A stretch of DNA of 36,178 nucleotides from Collodictyon triciliatum. Its lineage: Eukaryota. The position numbers were made by a program, and so were the translations under genes. The notes beneath the pieces are model-generated. The model was not told where the DNA came from. It did no database searches and saw nothing but the letters and a program-made list of their open reading frames with translations. The stretch is taken from contig JBHJMP010000844.1 of the NCBI GenBank assembly GCA_043381765.1, forward strand, positions 1 through 36,178, read 5' to 3'. Below are positions 23,801-35,633 of this stretch, piece after piece. Every line of letters starts with the position of its first letter. Position 1 is the stretch's first letter.

Positions 23801-26800
23801 AAGCCACAGACTCGGCAAGCTCACCCTAGGAGATGAAAAAAATCATTCGTTTTAAAAGAATTTGGTTCCATTTTTTTTATTAATACAAACATTTCAACTA
23901 CCAGCTAATCTCAAAGAAATAGTTGTTAAATGAAGAAATGATTGATTAAAATATACCGCATACGGCTCCTCTCTACTCAAGACTTCCCAAATGATGATAC
24001 CGAAGCTAAATATGTCGGATTTGTCGATGTATTCTCCTCCTTTGATAACCTCTGGGGCCATCCATAGGAGCGTCCCAGGTGGCGCAGCGTCCTTTTCACG
24101 GGTAGATTGCACGCCAGTAAGACCAAAGTCGCTGAATTTTTTTAATCAATATGAATAATACCGAAAATTACAAAATAATTTTCTTCTCTTTATAACAAAA
24201 AAAAAAAAACATCTCCGAATTCATCTTTTCAGATATCATATTAAACCTGATTTTACAGTTCCACTTATCGTCCAACTGCGATAAGATTCGAAATCGGTGC
24301 ATGATTAAGTGGTTTGTATGTTAGTGATTGATTGGAATGTCTACATACAATGAGCATAACATTGCAAAAGAAATCACCAGCAAGTTAGGACTTTTTAAAT
24401 CCTTGTGCAAGATTGGAGGGTTGGACATGTGCAGGTATTGAAGCCCTTTTTTTAAATATGTATTAATGATTATATGAAATGTTTGCAGAGCCACCCAGGC
24501 CACTATACTTTTATAAATCATTAATATTGAAGTACCTTTCGCAGCATCTGTGATGAAGGAAAACCTCATGTCCTCATCAATATCAATAGTAGTGTTGTGC
24601 AGAATCTGATAAAAAAATTCGAGTGAATGGTAACCCAAATTATAATATATTGTTACGAGGCAAATTAAAGTAGGATTGGAATCACCCAACATTTTACATA
24701 TTAACCCACATCATATAAACTTCCTCGGGTCATCAATTCGGATACGATACACAAGTTCTCCGGTTCTACACAAGCAGCCATGTACAAGACAATATTGGGA
24801 TGGCGAAGTTCCCTTATTATTTTTTTTTTTAAAAAAAACAAACAAGAATCACTTTGTCGCAAAATTGGACTAATATCACACGTATTTATGCATATGATAA
24901 AAGATCAGAAGACGAAGCAAGTATCAAATAGAAATATATCTAGATAGGAAGTCAGAAAAGATTACTCACACCATGATTCCAACTTCGGCCTCAAATTCTC
25001 GAATCGCTGCTTTTGTCAGCTTCTTTGAAATTAGTTTTTTCATAGCTACATCTGAGCCTCTCCACTTGCCTATGAATACCTACAAAAATTATAGATTACT
25101 ACCAATTTGTGTTTACTAAAAGACATATTAATGAACTAAAAAAAATTGTAATCAAAGATTATGCGATATATCTCACCTCTCCAAAGCTTCCTGTTCCAAG
25201 CAGTTTTCCAAGCTCAAGATCTTTGTAGTCGACATGCATGAATAGTTGCTTTTGTTTCGAATCTATAGCGTCCATCTTTTCTTTGTATTTCTTGTAGCCA
25301 AATAGCACTAAAAAGAGTACAACAGCTCCTGGTACACCAACAGCCAAGCCAATCACCAATGGAGAGCCTATTGAGTAGTACAAATGAATATACAATGAAA
25401 GAAAGAAGTAAAAATATACCCACATGTACGATACGAAAGAAAGAAAATATAAACATTCTCTTTAGTTCCATTATTACCCTTTTTCGATGATTTGGGGCAT
25501 GAAGTCTATTGATGTGATGCAGGGTTATTACATTATAATTATTTTTTTTTAAGGATTAACGTGGGTATATTAGTCACACAAGTATATGTAATTATGACTA
25601 GTGTAAAATATATTCTGAATAAGCTATTTAAAAAAATAAGCCTTACATCTGATGAAGAGCTAGTGCATTTCAGACACTCGTTCGATGTTGTATCCTCAAA
25701 ATAGTTTGTTGGGCAAGCACACAGACTATTTTCAAATTTTGAGCCAGTGGGACAGTCTAAAACAAACATTTAATAGTTGAAGCCATCAAAAAACAGCCAA
25801 AATATAAGCCATTAGAAGTTAAAAGATGAGAAAAAGAAAATGAAGCTGGCATATTTTTATGAGACGAAATATTGATGAATTACTTATGTGTTTGATATCT
25901 ATTCCGTCTCCTCTCAGACCATCGATTATCTTCCCTGGCGACTTCAAAACTATCAATGTGTTTCTCTTCAGATTTGAAACATCGTAATGACCCGGCTTTG
26001 TTATTTCTGTAATTAACTGATTCGGAGAACTATCTCGAAACTCATACACGAGTACACTGTATGATATGATGCGTATTAAAAAAAAAAGGCACATATCTTT
26101 ATATTCTAATTTGTATAACCTGAAAAGAGAATATAAATGATGACCTAAGATGTCATGGAATAGTTTCTATTTTTCTAAATATGAACATTTTAACAGTTTA
26201 CAAACCTATCTCCTTCACTTATGGACGCATTGATGGAAAAGAAATTGCCGGTCTTGAAAAGATACTGGCAATGAGTCCCCGCTGGGTATCGACCTGGCCC
26301 AGAGCCATCTTCGAAGTGATTCACTTCTCGCGCGCTCATGACCTCTTGATGCAGGGTCTCAGCACACATACTTGGAGATGAACAATAAATATTTTATATC
26401 ACATCTTGATTAACGGAAACTGAGACAATAATACTTATCAAATGGTCATACTAGAGCGATTTAGAAATAAAGATAACAGGCTGCTTACTCGGCTCCATAA
26501 CGAAAACAGAGTTCAACGAGTATGTTTCTGTGCTTCCACCGAAAGTGTACATTTTTTCCTCGGAAAAGACACCACCATGTTCTCCAACTTGAGCAGGATT
26601 TTCTTCCTTTGAAGTATACTTCAGCTCAACCCACTGCTTCACCCCTGTTTCAATACAGTTAAAAAAATGCAGCGTGAATAATAATAGAAAAAACAGAAAA
26701 GAAAACTAAATTTTGTAGACAATTGAATTACCTATTTGATACTGGAAGACGGCGCTTGTTCTCCTGGATGCCTGGTCAAATCCTCCATACACAATTAAAT

Positions 26801-29800
26801 CGTCTCTGAAGGTGCCTACAAAGGCCCCATAACGATAGACTTGGGTGGTGTCTTTGAATGATGTCATAACGCTCCATATGCGAGTAGCTGCAGTTTTTTA
26901 ATTATGTTTTTGTTATTTTTTTTTTAAAAAAAAAGTACTTTTGTTGTTAATATTTATTTATTAAATTGGGAAAAGGCTATGTGAAGGAAGAAAAAGTAAA
27001 AAGGGAATACGAAAAAAAGCAAAGAAGCAAAAAAGAAAGTTGATAGTTAGCGTACCAGCATCAAAGCACCACAGATCGCTCAAGACTCGATTTTTGAAGT
27101 CGCGTCCACCGTGAATGCAAAACCCAGAGGCGGTGGAAGCGGCTCCGTGGTCTCTTCGGGGATTCTACTCATAATAAAACCATCAAACACAGTCCAATAA
27201 TCTCACAAGTTTGTGTCTGACTTTTGAATGCCCAAGAATATCTTTTACAGGAGATGTGGAGAGCGCTTCGAAAGTATCCAGAGTCAAGGTCGACGGATTA
27301 AAGACGAATATAGCTCTGTAGTCCTCAATGACACCGGTTCTTACAGACAACTTGTGTATTTTTATGTTAAATGATGAATAAAGATCGAGTGAAAGCATTA
27401 ACCAAGATAAACTAAAGACGTTCGTATCATAGCTGTTATTACAATGCCGCCCCAAGCCCAGACAGAACCGTCATATGATATTGCAGAGAATCCTGTTCTT
27501 TCAAGAAAGTGCTGGTCTGTCGAAAGAATGTTCTCCAACCCAACCAATTCCCATCTGAGCGGGACTGTAATAATGGGACAAGGTCAATCAACATGACTGA
27601 TATGATGAGAACACAACAATCTTTTACTTTTTATTTTGTTATAATTACATACTGTCTCGTAGTACATCGATGATATCCTGAATTCTGATTCTCCACATAT
27701 TTCCTGCGTCACTTGCAAGACTTTGAGTACCTCCATATGCATAAACGTGCCCATCATAATACGTTATGCATCCATAAACACGGGGCGAAATAGAATCCGA
27801 TGTTGTGTACTTGACGATGAGCGCCCACTTGCTTGTGGCTATGTGAATAATAGCTCAGTATTATTGAAATCTGGGTGAAATACGATTAAAACATGATGCT
27901 TGTTCTCTTAATGTAATATGTGTTGGTGTTTGGCTACCCACTTATATTATAAAGCCACATGTCATTCGTGGCATATTCATCTCCAACAGAGACCACACCA
28001 CCAAAGACAGCAAATCCATCTTCCATCACTCTTTCAACCGCATGTCCGTATCTTTCGAGAGGTTTCTGAACACTTGTAGAGCTTAGCCAAGTATCTCGGT
28101 CTATTGTAAATTAAAGAGAAGAAAAAGAAGTGGTGTTATACTTGCTTTGTTTTGTTTTATTCTTAGGTATTGAAAATTGATTTCATAGGTCCTTAAACAT
28201 ACTCTTTACAATAACTTAATAAAATTGGTTCTTAAACATTCAAAACACGAAGCGATTAAAAAAAAATTCAATTGAATGACGAATAAATACCAGGGTCATG
28301 CGTCCACAAGTAATTTCCGGGTATATTTGACGAGTATCCTATACCACCAAAAAGCAAAATAAATCCATCTAAAGGAGCCATCGCAGCCATGAATACTTGT
28401 GGCGGTGCGCTCTCTGGCAAAGGGGGATTATTTCCATAGTTATTTCGGAGGCTGAACACTAGGATATCTATTTTTTGATACAAAAGTTTTTTTTATTCAA
28501 ATGTACAAAAAATAAAGAACCCATGCATCTGTATAACTCTGTTCATTCTTGAGCAAAACAAAAGGTTTTACCTTTATCAAATACTAATATGTCACGAAGG
28601 GATGTCTCTGTTTGAATTCCACCGTAAATGAAGATATATCCACCGGACTCAGAGTACGACATCATTTGGCGTGGCAGTTGGCAATCGATTATAGATTTTG
28701 CAGCGCATCCGAGACAATTATCTGGTGTAACATGCTGAGGTGATAAAAACTTCCTCGAAGCTGTTATGAACGGGAAAAAACAGCTTTTAGATTTGGTTAT
28801 CTAATGAAACTTTTATTGACTATATGCACATATATCTTGTATTGAATTCGAAAAAGTGAGTACCATTAAACGTCATTATTAAGTTTTTTTTTTTTTGCTT
28901 TAAGACTTACGTAAATGTCCTTTGTAGATAAAGTCAAGCTCTTGTGTTCCGTCATATCCCCGAATAAAACAAAATAGCACCCACTTGCCCAGCCGATGTG
29001 GTACGAAAGGGAAGGGGATAAATCAAAGTCTCTGCTTTCCCATGTATCAGAGTCTATATGTTGGTGGGGTCATGTTGGTTAGATGTCCATGCTCACCAAA
29101 ATAATGCCAAATTTTATGTTTTAAACGATTTCAAAGTACCGAGGTTGTACTCGAATACTGATGAAACGCCGTTTCCGACTGTCTATTGAATATCAACATC
29201 TGAGCTCTTTTTTCTTTTCGTGATTATAGATAATAGTTTTTTTTTATAAAAAAGGAGGTCATTTTGGTTCCTTACATTTTCCCCGCCATGAATATAAACG
29301 ATCGAATCTTTCCTTGCATATGCGAATCCAGACAAGTCGAACGGGGAGGCACTTTTCCTCACCCATGAGTTGCTTTCCAGGGAGATGACATACGTGCAAA
29401 GGTCAGTTTTTGACGGGCTCCTACCACCAATATAGTAAATCTCGTCATCATAGTAAATTGCGCATGCGCCTTTCCTGCTTGGAGGTGGGTTGCTTGTACT
29501 CAAAAGTTCGAATGAGAGAGATACTGTAAAAAGGAGTTGGAGATTAACAACCTATGTGTCGCTCTACCTCTTGAAATACGTATTGCCAGTCTTTCACATA
29601 TGTTTAACAAGTATGAATGCAAGGGAAATTTAAAAAATTGTTGCACACTTGGAGATTTCACATCGATGGCGACAATCAATGCTGTCTGCGTTTGGTCAAT
29701 TATAGGAGTACTGTACATACATATGATGTATACATCGCTTCTTGTGGATGCCGATGCTGAGTAGAGGCAGCTGGGAGCGATGGCGAAATGTTCTCCCAAT

Positions 29801-29815
29801 TTCCTGTGGGTCCAT
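20805..29815 (-). CDS. Single-pass receptor: kelch repeats - CUB - Cys-rich - TM - TKL kinase - class III cyclase - TKL kinase; one 1-nt frameshift at 28958-28961; 5' end unresolved
   Basis: About 30 exons joined by hand at GT-AG sites give a continuous frame from about 28955 to the TAG at 20805-20807. Domains are listed as separate features below. Confidence 0.88.
20820..22232 (-). other. C-terminal protein kinase domain (TKL-like, RD type) of the receptor
   Basis: Motifs [56 protein letters not shown] and [13 protein letters not shown]. Confidence 0.93.
22618..23580 (-). other. Class III cyclase domain between the two kinases (fungal/trypanosome AC-like subtype)
   Basis: Motifs [38 protein letters not shown] and [14 protein letters not shown]. 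Both metal-binding Asp, the adenine-specifying Lys/Asp and the Asn/Arg pair are present. Confidence 0.93.
23670..25220 (-). other. Juxtamembrane protein kinase domain (TKL-like, HKD catalytic loop)
   Basis: Motifs [55 protein letters not shown] and [13 protein letters not shown]. Confidence 0.93.
25294..25359 (-). other. Transmembrane helix of the receptor
   Basis: [22 protein letters not shown] is followed by KKYKEK (positive-inside rule). Confidence 0.9.
25478..26370 (-). other. CUB-like domain followed by a Cys-rich (EGF/furin-like) juxtamembrane segment
   Basis: C...[20 protein letters not shown]...DSVLVYE resembles the attractin-type CUB 'DG.G.Y...C.W.I' motif. It is followed by [30 protein letters not shown]...SCP. 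Confidence 0.7.
26488..29815 (-). other. Extracellular kelch-repeat region, about 12 blades
   Basis: Eleven hydrophobic-GG motifs (YYIGG, YIHGG, LFGG after frameshift repair, FIYGG, LLFGG, AVFGG, YAYGG, WAWGG, CIHGG, IVYGG, YTFGG) plus a degenerate first blade, with PR.GH-like and downstream Trp motifs. Confidence 0.88.
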
Positions 29816-29989
29816 CTACAGCTATTTACAATCAATCAATTCATTTTGAAACTGCAATATTGTCAAATCATACAGAGTTAAGTACGCTTATGCATGCAAT
29901 AGTGCCACAATTCCAAAATATGACAACCCGATCCATTTATACGAAATATGAACAATGCCGATAAAACCGTCCACTAAAATGAAATAAAC

Positions 29990-32900
29990 CTTATTGATGT
30001 CGTTCTAGTAAAACCCTTCCTCGCACGGAAAGCACTCTCCACTTGGCGTGATGTACTTGTTTATCTGGCAGACGCATAATAGGCCCCGAATACGAATGCA
30101 TTTGGACAGGCTATAAATAATTGAATGTTTTTGATAAATGAGCTTTCGTGTTGAATTTAAACCCATATGTACTTATTATACCCCTCAAAGAGACTTAGAA
30201 TCAGAATAACATACAGAAGAGTTGAGCGAGAATCCTCCCATCGAGACCAGCATCCTGATGTAATGTCATGAGAAGCGATGAACCAGGTGTCTTGACCCAC
30301 ACACCAGGACCCCAGAGATGAAATTTTCACCTTATTAACAATAAACAGCATGTTAATACAATAATGAATAAAGTCAGGATATGAATGAATTGGTGTTTAA
30401 ATTTTTTCAAATAAATAAATCGGCGCCGCTATCGACTTCATTCACATATATGATTTGGTCTCCACACTTATTCAGTGAATCAACTTCACGACAGAAAAAA
30501 TATCCGTATCCATCGCGGATATCTGATAATTACGAGCGTTCAACTCTTTTGTTTGCATACTAAATTTTTTACTATCGTATATTGTACTTTCTCGAAAAAA
30601 GCGCACATACCATCAAATTGCTTGTGTGTGATACCCTCCACAAATATTTTGCAAAAGACATACAAATGAACCACTGCCGTCGGTTATGCTTTGTACTCTA
30701 TCTCTACATTACTAGTCACTTCTTCACAGCAAGACATTTTGCCTGTAATATTGGAATGAAAACACTTATGAAAATCATTCCATTATTTTAATACAGAAGA
30801 CATAAAACGTTAACGAGGTAATTAAAGCCTATTTGAGGCCTTGAAAAGAAACCATTCATCGACTATCGATATTTCCATTCATAAGAGCTTATCCATGTCG
30901 TATCCAAATATCCAAAAATATATGAGTCATTTGATGTTTCATTACCCTAACCTCAAATCAATCCGATTATCGTAAGTGATTGTTCTGTGCGTTTTGAATG
31001 GAGTGGTGATTCGGGGCAGTCTCTCATCCCCATATTTCTGCATCTACATCCCGTACATACAAAAAAAGCTCATTCATTAAATTTTATGCTACAAATTTTA
31101 GGTCACTGTCAGATTGTTGACCGAATGGAAATAATTGATTCAAAATATTGTTGAAAATACCATAGATGTAAATCCATATGTTTAGTGAAAACGTGTTTGT
31201 CAAGTCCTCGCCTCCGATGAGCAGGCCAGCTCCAACATCGATGAAATATGAGTACAAATAGCTTTCTATGTTCGAATATGAATTTGTGAGCTAATTACGT
31301 ACTTGAAAACTTATAATGGAACACTTGATATTTTAACATGTTCTCAAAATAATCAGATGTCAAAAAAAAAGAAACTTGATTTCTTTGAAGAGCAAATGTC
31401 CGTTATTGGGTTTTAATCAAAACACCCCTTGAATAATATTTTTTTTGTTAAAAAATTACAGGCGCTTGAATCCTTTTCTTTAATCCTGGGAATCCGCCAT
31501 TAACCTCAGCAGTATTCGTTTCCATGTCATAGTATATTAATGTCGTTTCGTTAACACAACCTGTGCATACAGATTCATAAATTCCTCACCAAAAATATAG
31601 TTTGGAGCAAATGGTGGATAGAGTCTGTTGTGTCATGAAACCAAAATGTGAGACACTCAGATTGATTTCAAGCTATTCTTATGTAATGAAATATTCCGTG
31701 TTTTCTTCTCTTTTTATGCCAAAATGAGTTTATAATATAATGATAACAATTAACGGATTCAAAAATATGTTTTTACAGAAAAGGCACCAGTAGGAGTGTA
31801 GTCTTTGAAGCTAGATGGGTCATATACTTACCGTTCAAACAGACGGGTCCGCATCCTTGAGCATACAATTTGGAGTCTGGTATTTGAGAAGAATGCCATT
31901 ATCACATGTATTTATTTAGAATTTTAATAATATGCCATTCTTATGCAAATCAATCTACAAACAATACCTGTAAAATACATTCAAACACTGAGCGAAATCC
32001 TCCATAGAATGCAAAACCAACTCTGATGGTTTCAAAATGGACAAGTCGAGTAGAATGTAGCAGAGCAGAATAAAGAAATATGCCTAACCTGTATGATTAT
32101 GTTACCTTTTAAGCAGATTGTTAAGACTAAGGTTTTAACAGTCGTTTTGATAAAAGTAAGCAGTAAATCAGATTTTTTGGCTAATATAACCCCAATATAT
32201 AATCTGGTGATGTATTGAACATGTTCATATCCAACAGTGTGTATTGAGCTCTGCTATTTTTATTTCATTAGATTATAAATCTCCAACATATATCCAATCT
32301 TCAGCCTGAATCATCGGCACGAGCAGCTCCACTGCGCAGCTGAAACATGCACTCACCGAGCTTTGATGCAAAAAAGAAAGAACAGAGCGTTGGGCAGGTT
32401 ACACTGTATGGCTTGGGTTTGATTTCACAAGTGTATTCTGAAAATGTGTAATTTCAATCTGTGTTCATAATTTTACACGGCTACATATGAACTTACAAAA
32501 TCCCATGCTCTGGTTTATTATGAATTATGTACAGATATTTTACAGCTTATCATATATAATCGGAAAAGAAGTATCAATTAAGTGCCTCATTGACGTGTAT
32601 CCCAACCGCAAAGAGTGGTGCTCTTTGGTCCGTGAACGAATATTATTTCTTAAAAAAGTAACAAAAATTGACGATGAACGTGCAAGCAGGCTTATACACT
32701 CTAGGCAAGTAACTAGATAGTGAATGGTCCAATTTTCGTTTTACTCAGAAAAACGCACCTGAAGATAGAATTTTATTAATCATTAGTTGGGATGCCAATA
32801 AACACGAACAAATGAAAACGCCTCAATACTACCAAAAAAAAACAAACCAATAATCCAGCAGACACCCTAACCGGATGAATACAATCGCGTATACCAAATT

Positions 32901-33843
32901 TAAATCCCCAGAAGCCATTCATATCAAAATTATATAACCCAGCTGCAATCATTCTCACTACGCGTGTAAATTATTCTATAAAGCAAATATTTAGTATCAC
33001 TCAAGTGAGTTTTACACATTTGTACGACAACCAGCATCATTTTTCTTTAAAGCAGTTTAAAAAGGGGTCTTAAAATAAAAAATATCGCAGAAAACCAACT
33101 CAAATTCACAAAGCCAAAGCGTGTTAGATTAAACCATCCAGCACCTCAAAATATATGAGCATTCTGATAGATACTTTATATATCAAGAGAACAGAGAAGA
33201 ACAAAGACAGCATCGCCAGGACATGTTTCCACATATCCATTCGGACTGTCAAATGAACCGGAGCTGCTGTGTGCATGGAAGAACCCATCTACTTGAAACA
33301 AAACAGAATTACAAGCAAAAGCCAGGCTGGTGAGGAGTGAGTGAATGTCGTCCATCAAAAACAGAGAATAACGATGACATAAAGGTCATTCATACATGTG
33401 CCAGTGATTCTGCCAAATAGTTAAGCCTAAAATTTACAATATGTTTGATGTCATTGATTGCATGATATAAGAAATAAAAAAATCGTCAAAAATATCAATC
33501 ATTCATTCATCCTTGTCTCCCTTTTTTATTCGAATGTTTGAAAAAAATTGGTCGTGGTCATTAATTATCTTATTCTCTGGAGAGTGTGTATGATTGCATT
33601 TTTGTACGATTAATTTTAATAACCAAAACTTGTGATACGAAAAAAAGAAAAAAAGTAAAGTCCTACCATGTGTTCAAAGGGCAGTTGTGCCGTAGTCGTC
33701 ACGAACCAGGATTGCACCAACACATCCACGGTCTCACTTGAAGTCGTTGAGTAAGGATTATTTTGCAATCTACTAATATTACTGAGTGTATTTAATGACA
33801 TATCTTCCTCTCTATAATAAGATAACATCATCTGATAAAACAA
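29990..33843 (-). pseudogene. Decayed paralogous kelch/CUB/Cys-rich ectodomain module upstream of the receptor gene
   Basis: Exon-like pieces: ITDGSGSF (about 30664-30687, CUB start), GVWVKTPGSSLLMTLHQDAGLDG (about 30240-30305, CUB end) and SCPNAFVF/GLLCVCQINKY...CFPCEEGFY* (about 30005-30110). Weaker kelch-like echoes lie at 32.3-33.3 kb (FDMNGF versus FDLSGF; DAVFVLLC versus SDVYIIC). There are many frameshifts and stops, and the upstream limit is uncertain. Confidence 0.55.
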
Positions 33844-34448
33844 TATTGTTAAAAATATCCTTAAACGTGGATTTCTTTAGGTCTTTTTCATATTTGGAGA
33901 GTGGTTTATGTGAAACATAAATTCAAAATATGGCGACATATTATGATTTCTTTCAATGAACAGGCACCAACTTTTTAAGCCTAATTTCGTATCAAATATG
34001 TACTCGAGTTACAAAGAACGTATATCCTGACGGTAATGCGCGCATGTTAGTCTGGTTCATCGATTGGTCTGAAGGAGAAAAGTTATTTAAAAGAGAGAAA
34101 TTAGAGAAAAAGTCGCCACTCCATGACTAACAGACGAATGAAAGTAAAATATGAAAAAAATATTGGGAAAATATACAATATTGTGGGTTAAAAGACAGAG
34201 TATCCACAATTATTTTTCAAAAAAACTAATAATTGTACATGAAATAGCCTTACAGATAATAAATAGATTATGGACGAAACCATACCGTCTCCTAGAATTA
34301 TGTGGTTTTTTTTGGGATTTCGAGATGAAAAATATAAAAAGCAGTGATGTATTAATGCGAGACATACACTCATATAAAGAGAATTCAACCTGAGAAGTGA
34401 ACAGTAACACAGCCCCTGTTTGTATATGAGAGAGAAGAAATTCAGATA

Positions 34449-35287
34449 CAGTTATTGGGTCTTGCGATGTGCGAGCGTGTCCAGCGTTGGCGGTGGAGGG
34501 CTCGAGTGCGAGGATTCTGAAGAGGGGCCGAGATTTCCTCCCATGCCATCGTCGCTATCGCTTTATGTGTGTATATGCTGTGAGTCTTGCGGAGTCTGAT
34601 GTTGCCTGTCCTTGGCTTCCTTGACCCCGTTGCTGCTTGTCTGCTTGGCAGGTGTATTCTTTTGCGGGGCTTTTACTTGTCGTTCGTTGTTCGCGGCTGG
34701 CGGACGCTCTTTGATGATGTGCTTTGAACACTTTTTATCCATGACCGTAAACTTTGCAGGGAGTTGGTTCTTGTGACAAAGAAGCTTTACCACGGCCTTG
34801 TCTGTAAAGAAGGCTTTCTCCTTTTTTACGTCCATGTAAGTTAATCTGAAAGGCTTCAGCATCTTGCGAAGGAGTTGCAGCCACACGTCCAGTGGTAGTT
34901 GGTAGAGCACCACCGAGGTCTCTGTTGGTTTAATTCTATCGAATCTGATTATAATATCAACCAACATGCCTGCTTCAGATTCAGAAGCTTTCGGTCGGTT
35001 TCTGCACTGCGGAAGGCAATCAGGCATAGGCCTTCGCTGTCTGGTAAGAGCAGTTGGATGAACTCTTCGTAGAGTTTGTTCGCTTTCAAGAAAGAGGCGA
35101 GCACATCTGTAAGTGCGCAGATTTGTTCCTGTTGTAAACGACGTGCTCGACACTGTGTAAAAATACTTTCCGCTCAGACAGACTTGTAGGCAGCTTCCTT
35201 GCGCGAGTCTGCCTGGACTTGCGTACAAGTTGAAGGTCTTCTGCAACAGTGCTGGAACTGAAAGAACTTAACATACCTCGCAAAGTC
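34449..35287 (-). mobile_element. Degenerate LINE ORF1-like relic, copy B (inverted relative to copy A)
   Basis: Encodes TSVVLYQLPLDVWLQLLRKMLKPFRLTYMDVKKEKAFFTDKAVVKLLCHKNQLPAKFTVMDKKC. In the best segment I counted 100 of 108 nt identical to copy A; the 5' part is more diverged. Its frameshifts and stops fall at different places from those of copy A. Confidence 0.7.
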
Positions 35288-35633
35288 TTCGGGTAACACA
35301 TTAACACAATCTTCACCATGTTTTCATTTCCATCGAACGTGGAGACTTTATTGCGAAGAAATGTGAAATGCACGAGACTTTCATAATATATCACATGAAA
35401 CATCTGAATACATCATAAAATAAGCTGTGATAAACGCAGGATAAAAAAAAGGGGAATATTCTTCGGAACAGAAAAGATCCTTTATAAAGATATCGTCTAA
35501 TGTAAAGCACAGGCTTGCCGTGGCTGACCTGTGGAATGGGAAAATAAAAGGGTATTTCAACTAATTGTAGAGACAATATAGGTTTAGTCTCGCAGTTATA
35601 TTTGAATAAAAGTTTATACTGAAAACCATTCTC

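Noticed and set aside
20692-23855. Several plus-strand ORFs of 60-124 aa overlapping kinase and cyclase exons
   Set aside because: They are antisense shadows of the minus-strand coding exons.
20805-25220. Endogenous giant-virus origin of the kinase-cyclase-kinase gene
   Set aside because: The gene is dense in spliceosomal introns and no viral hallmark genes are visible in the window.
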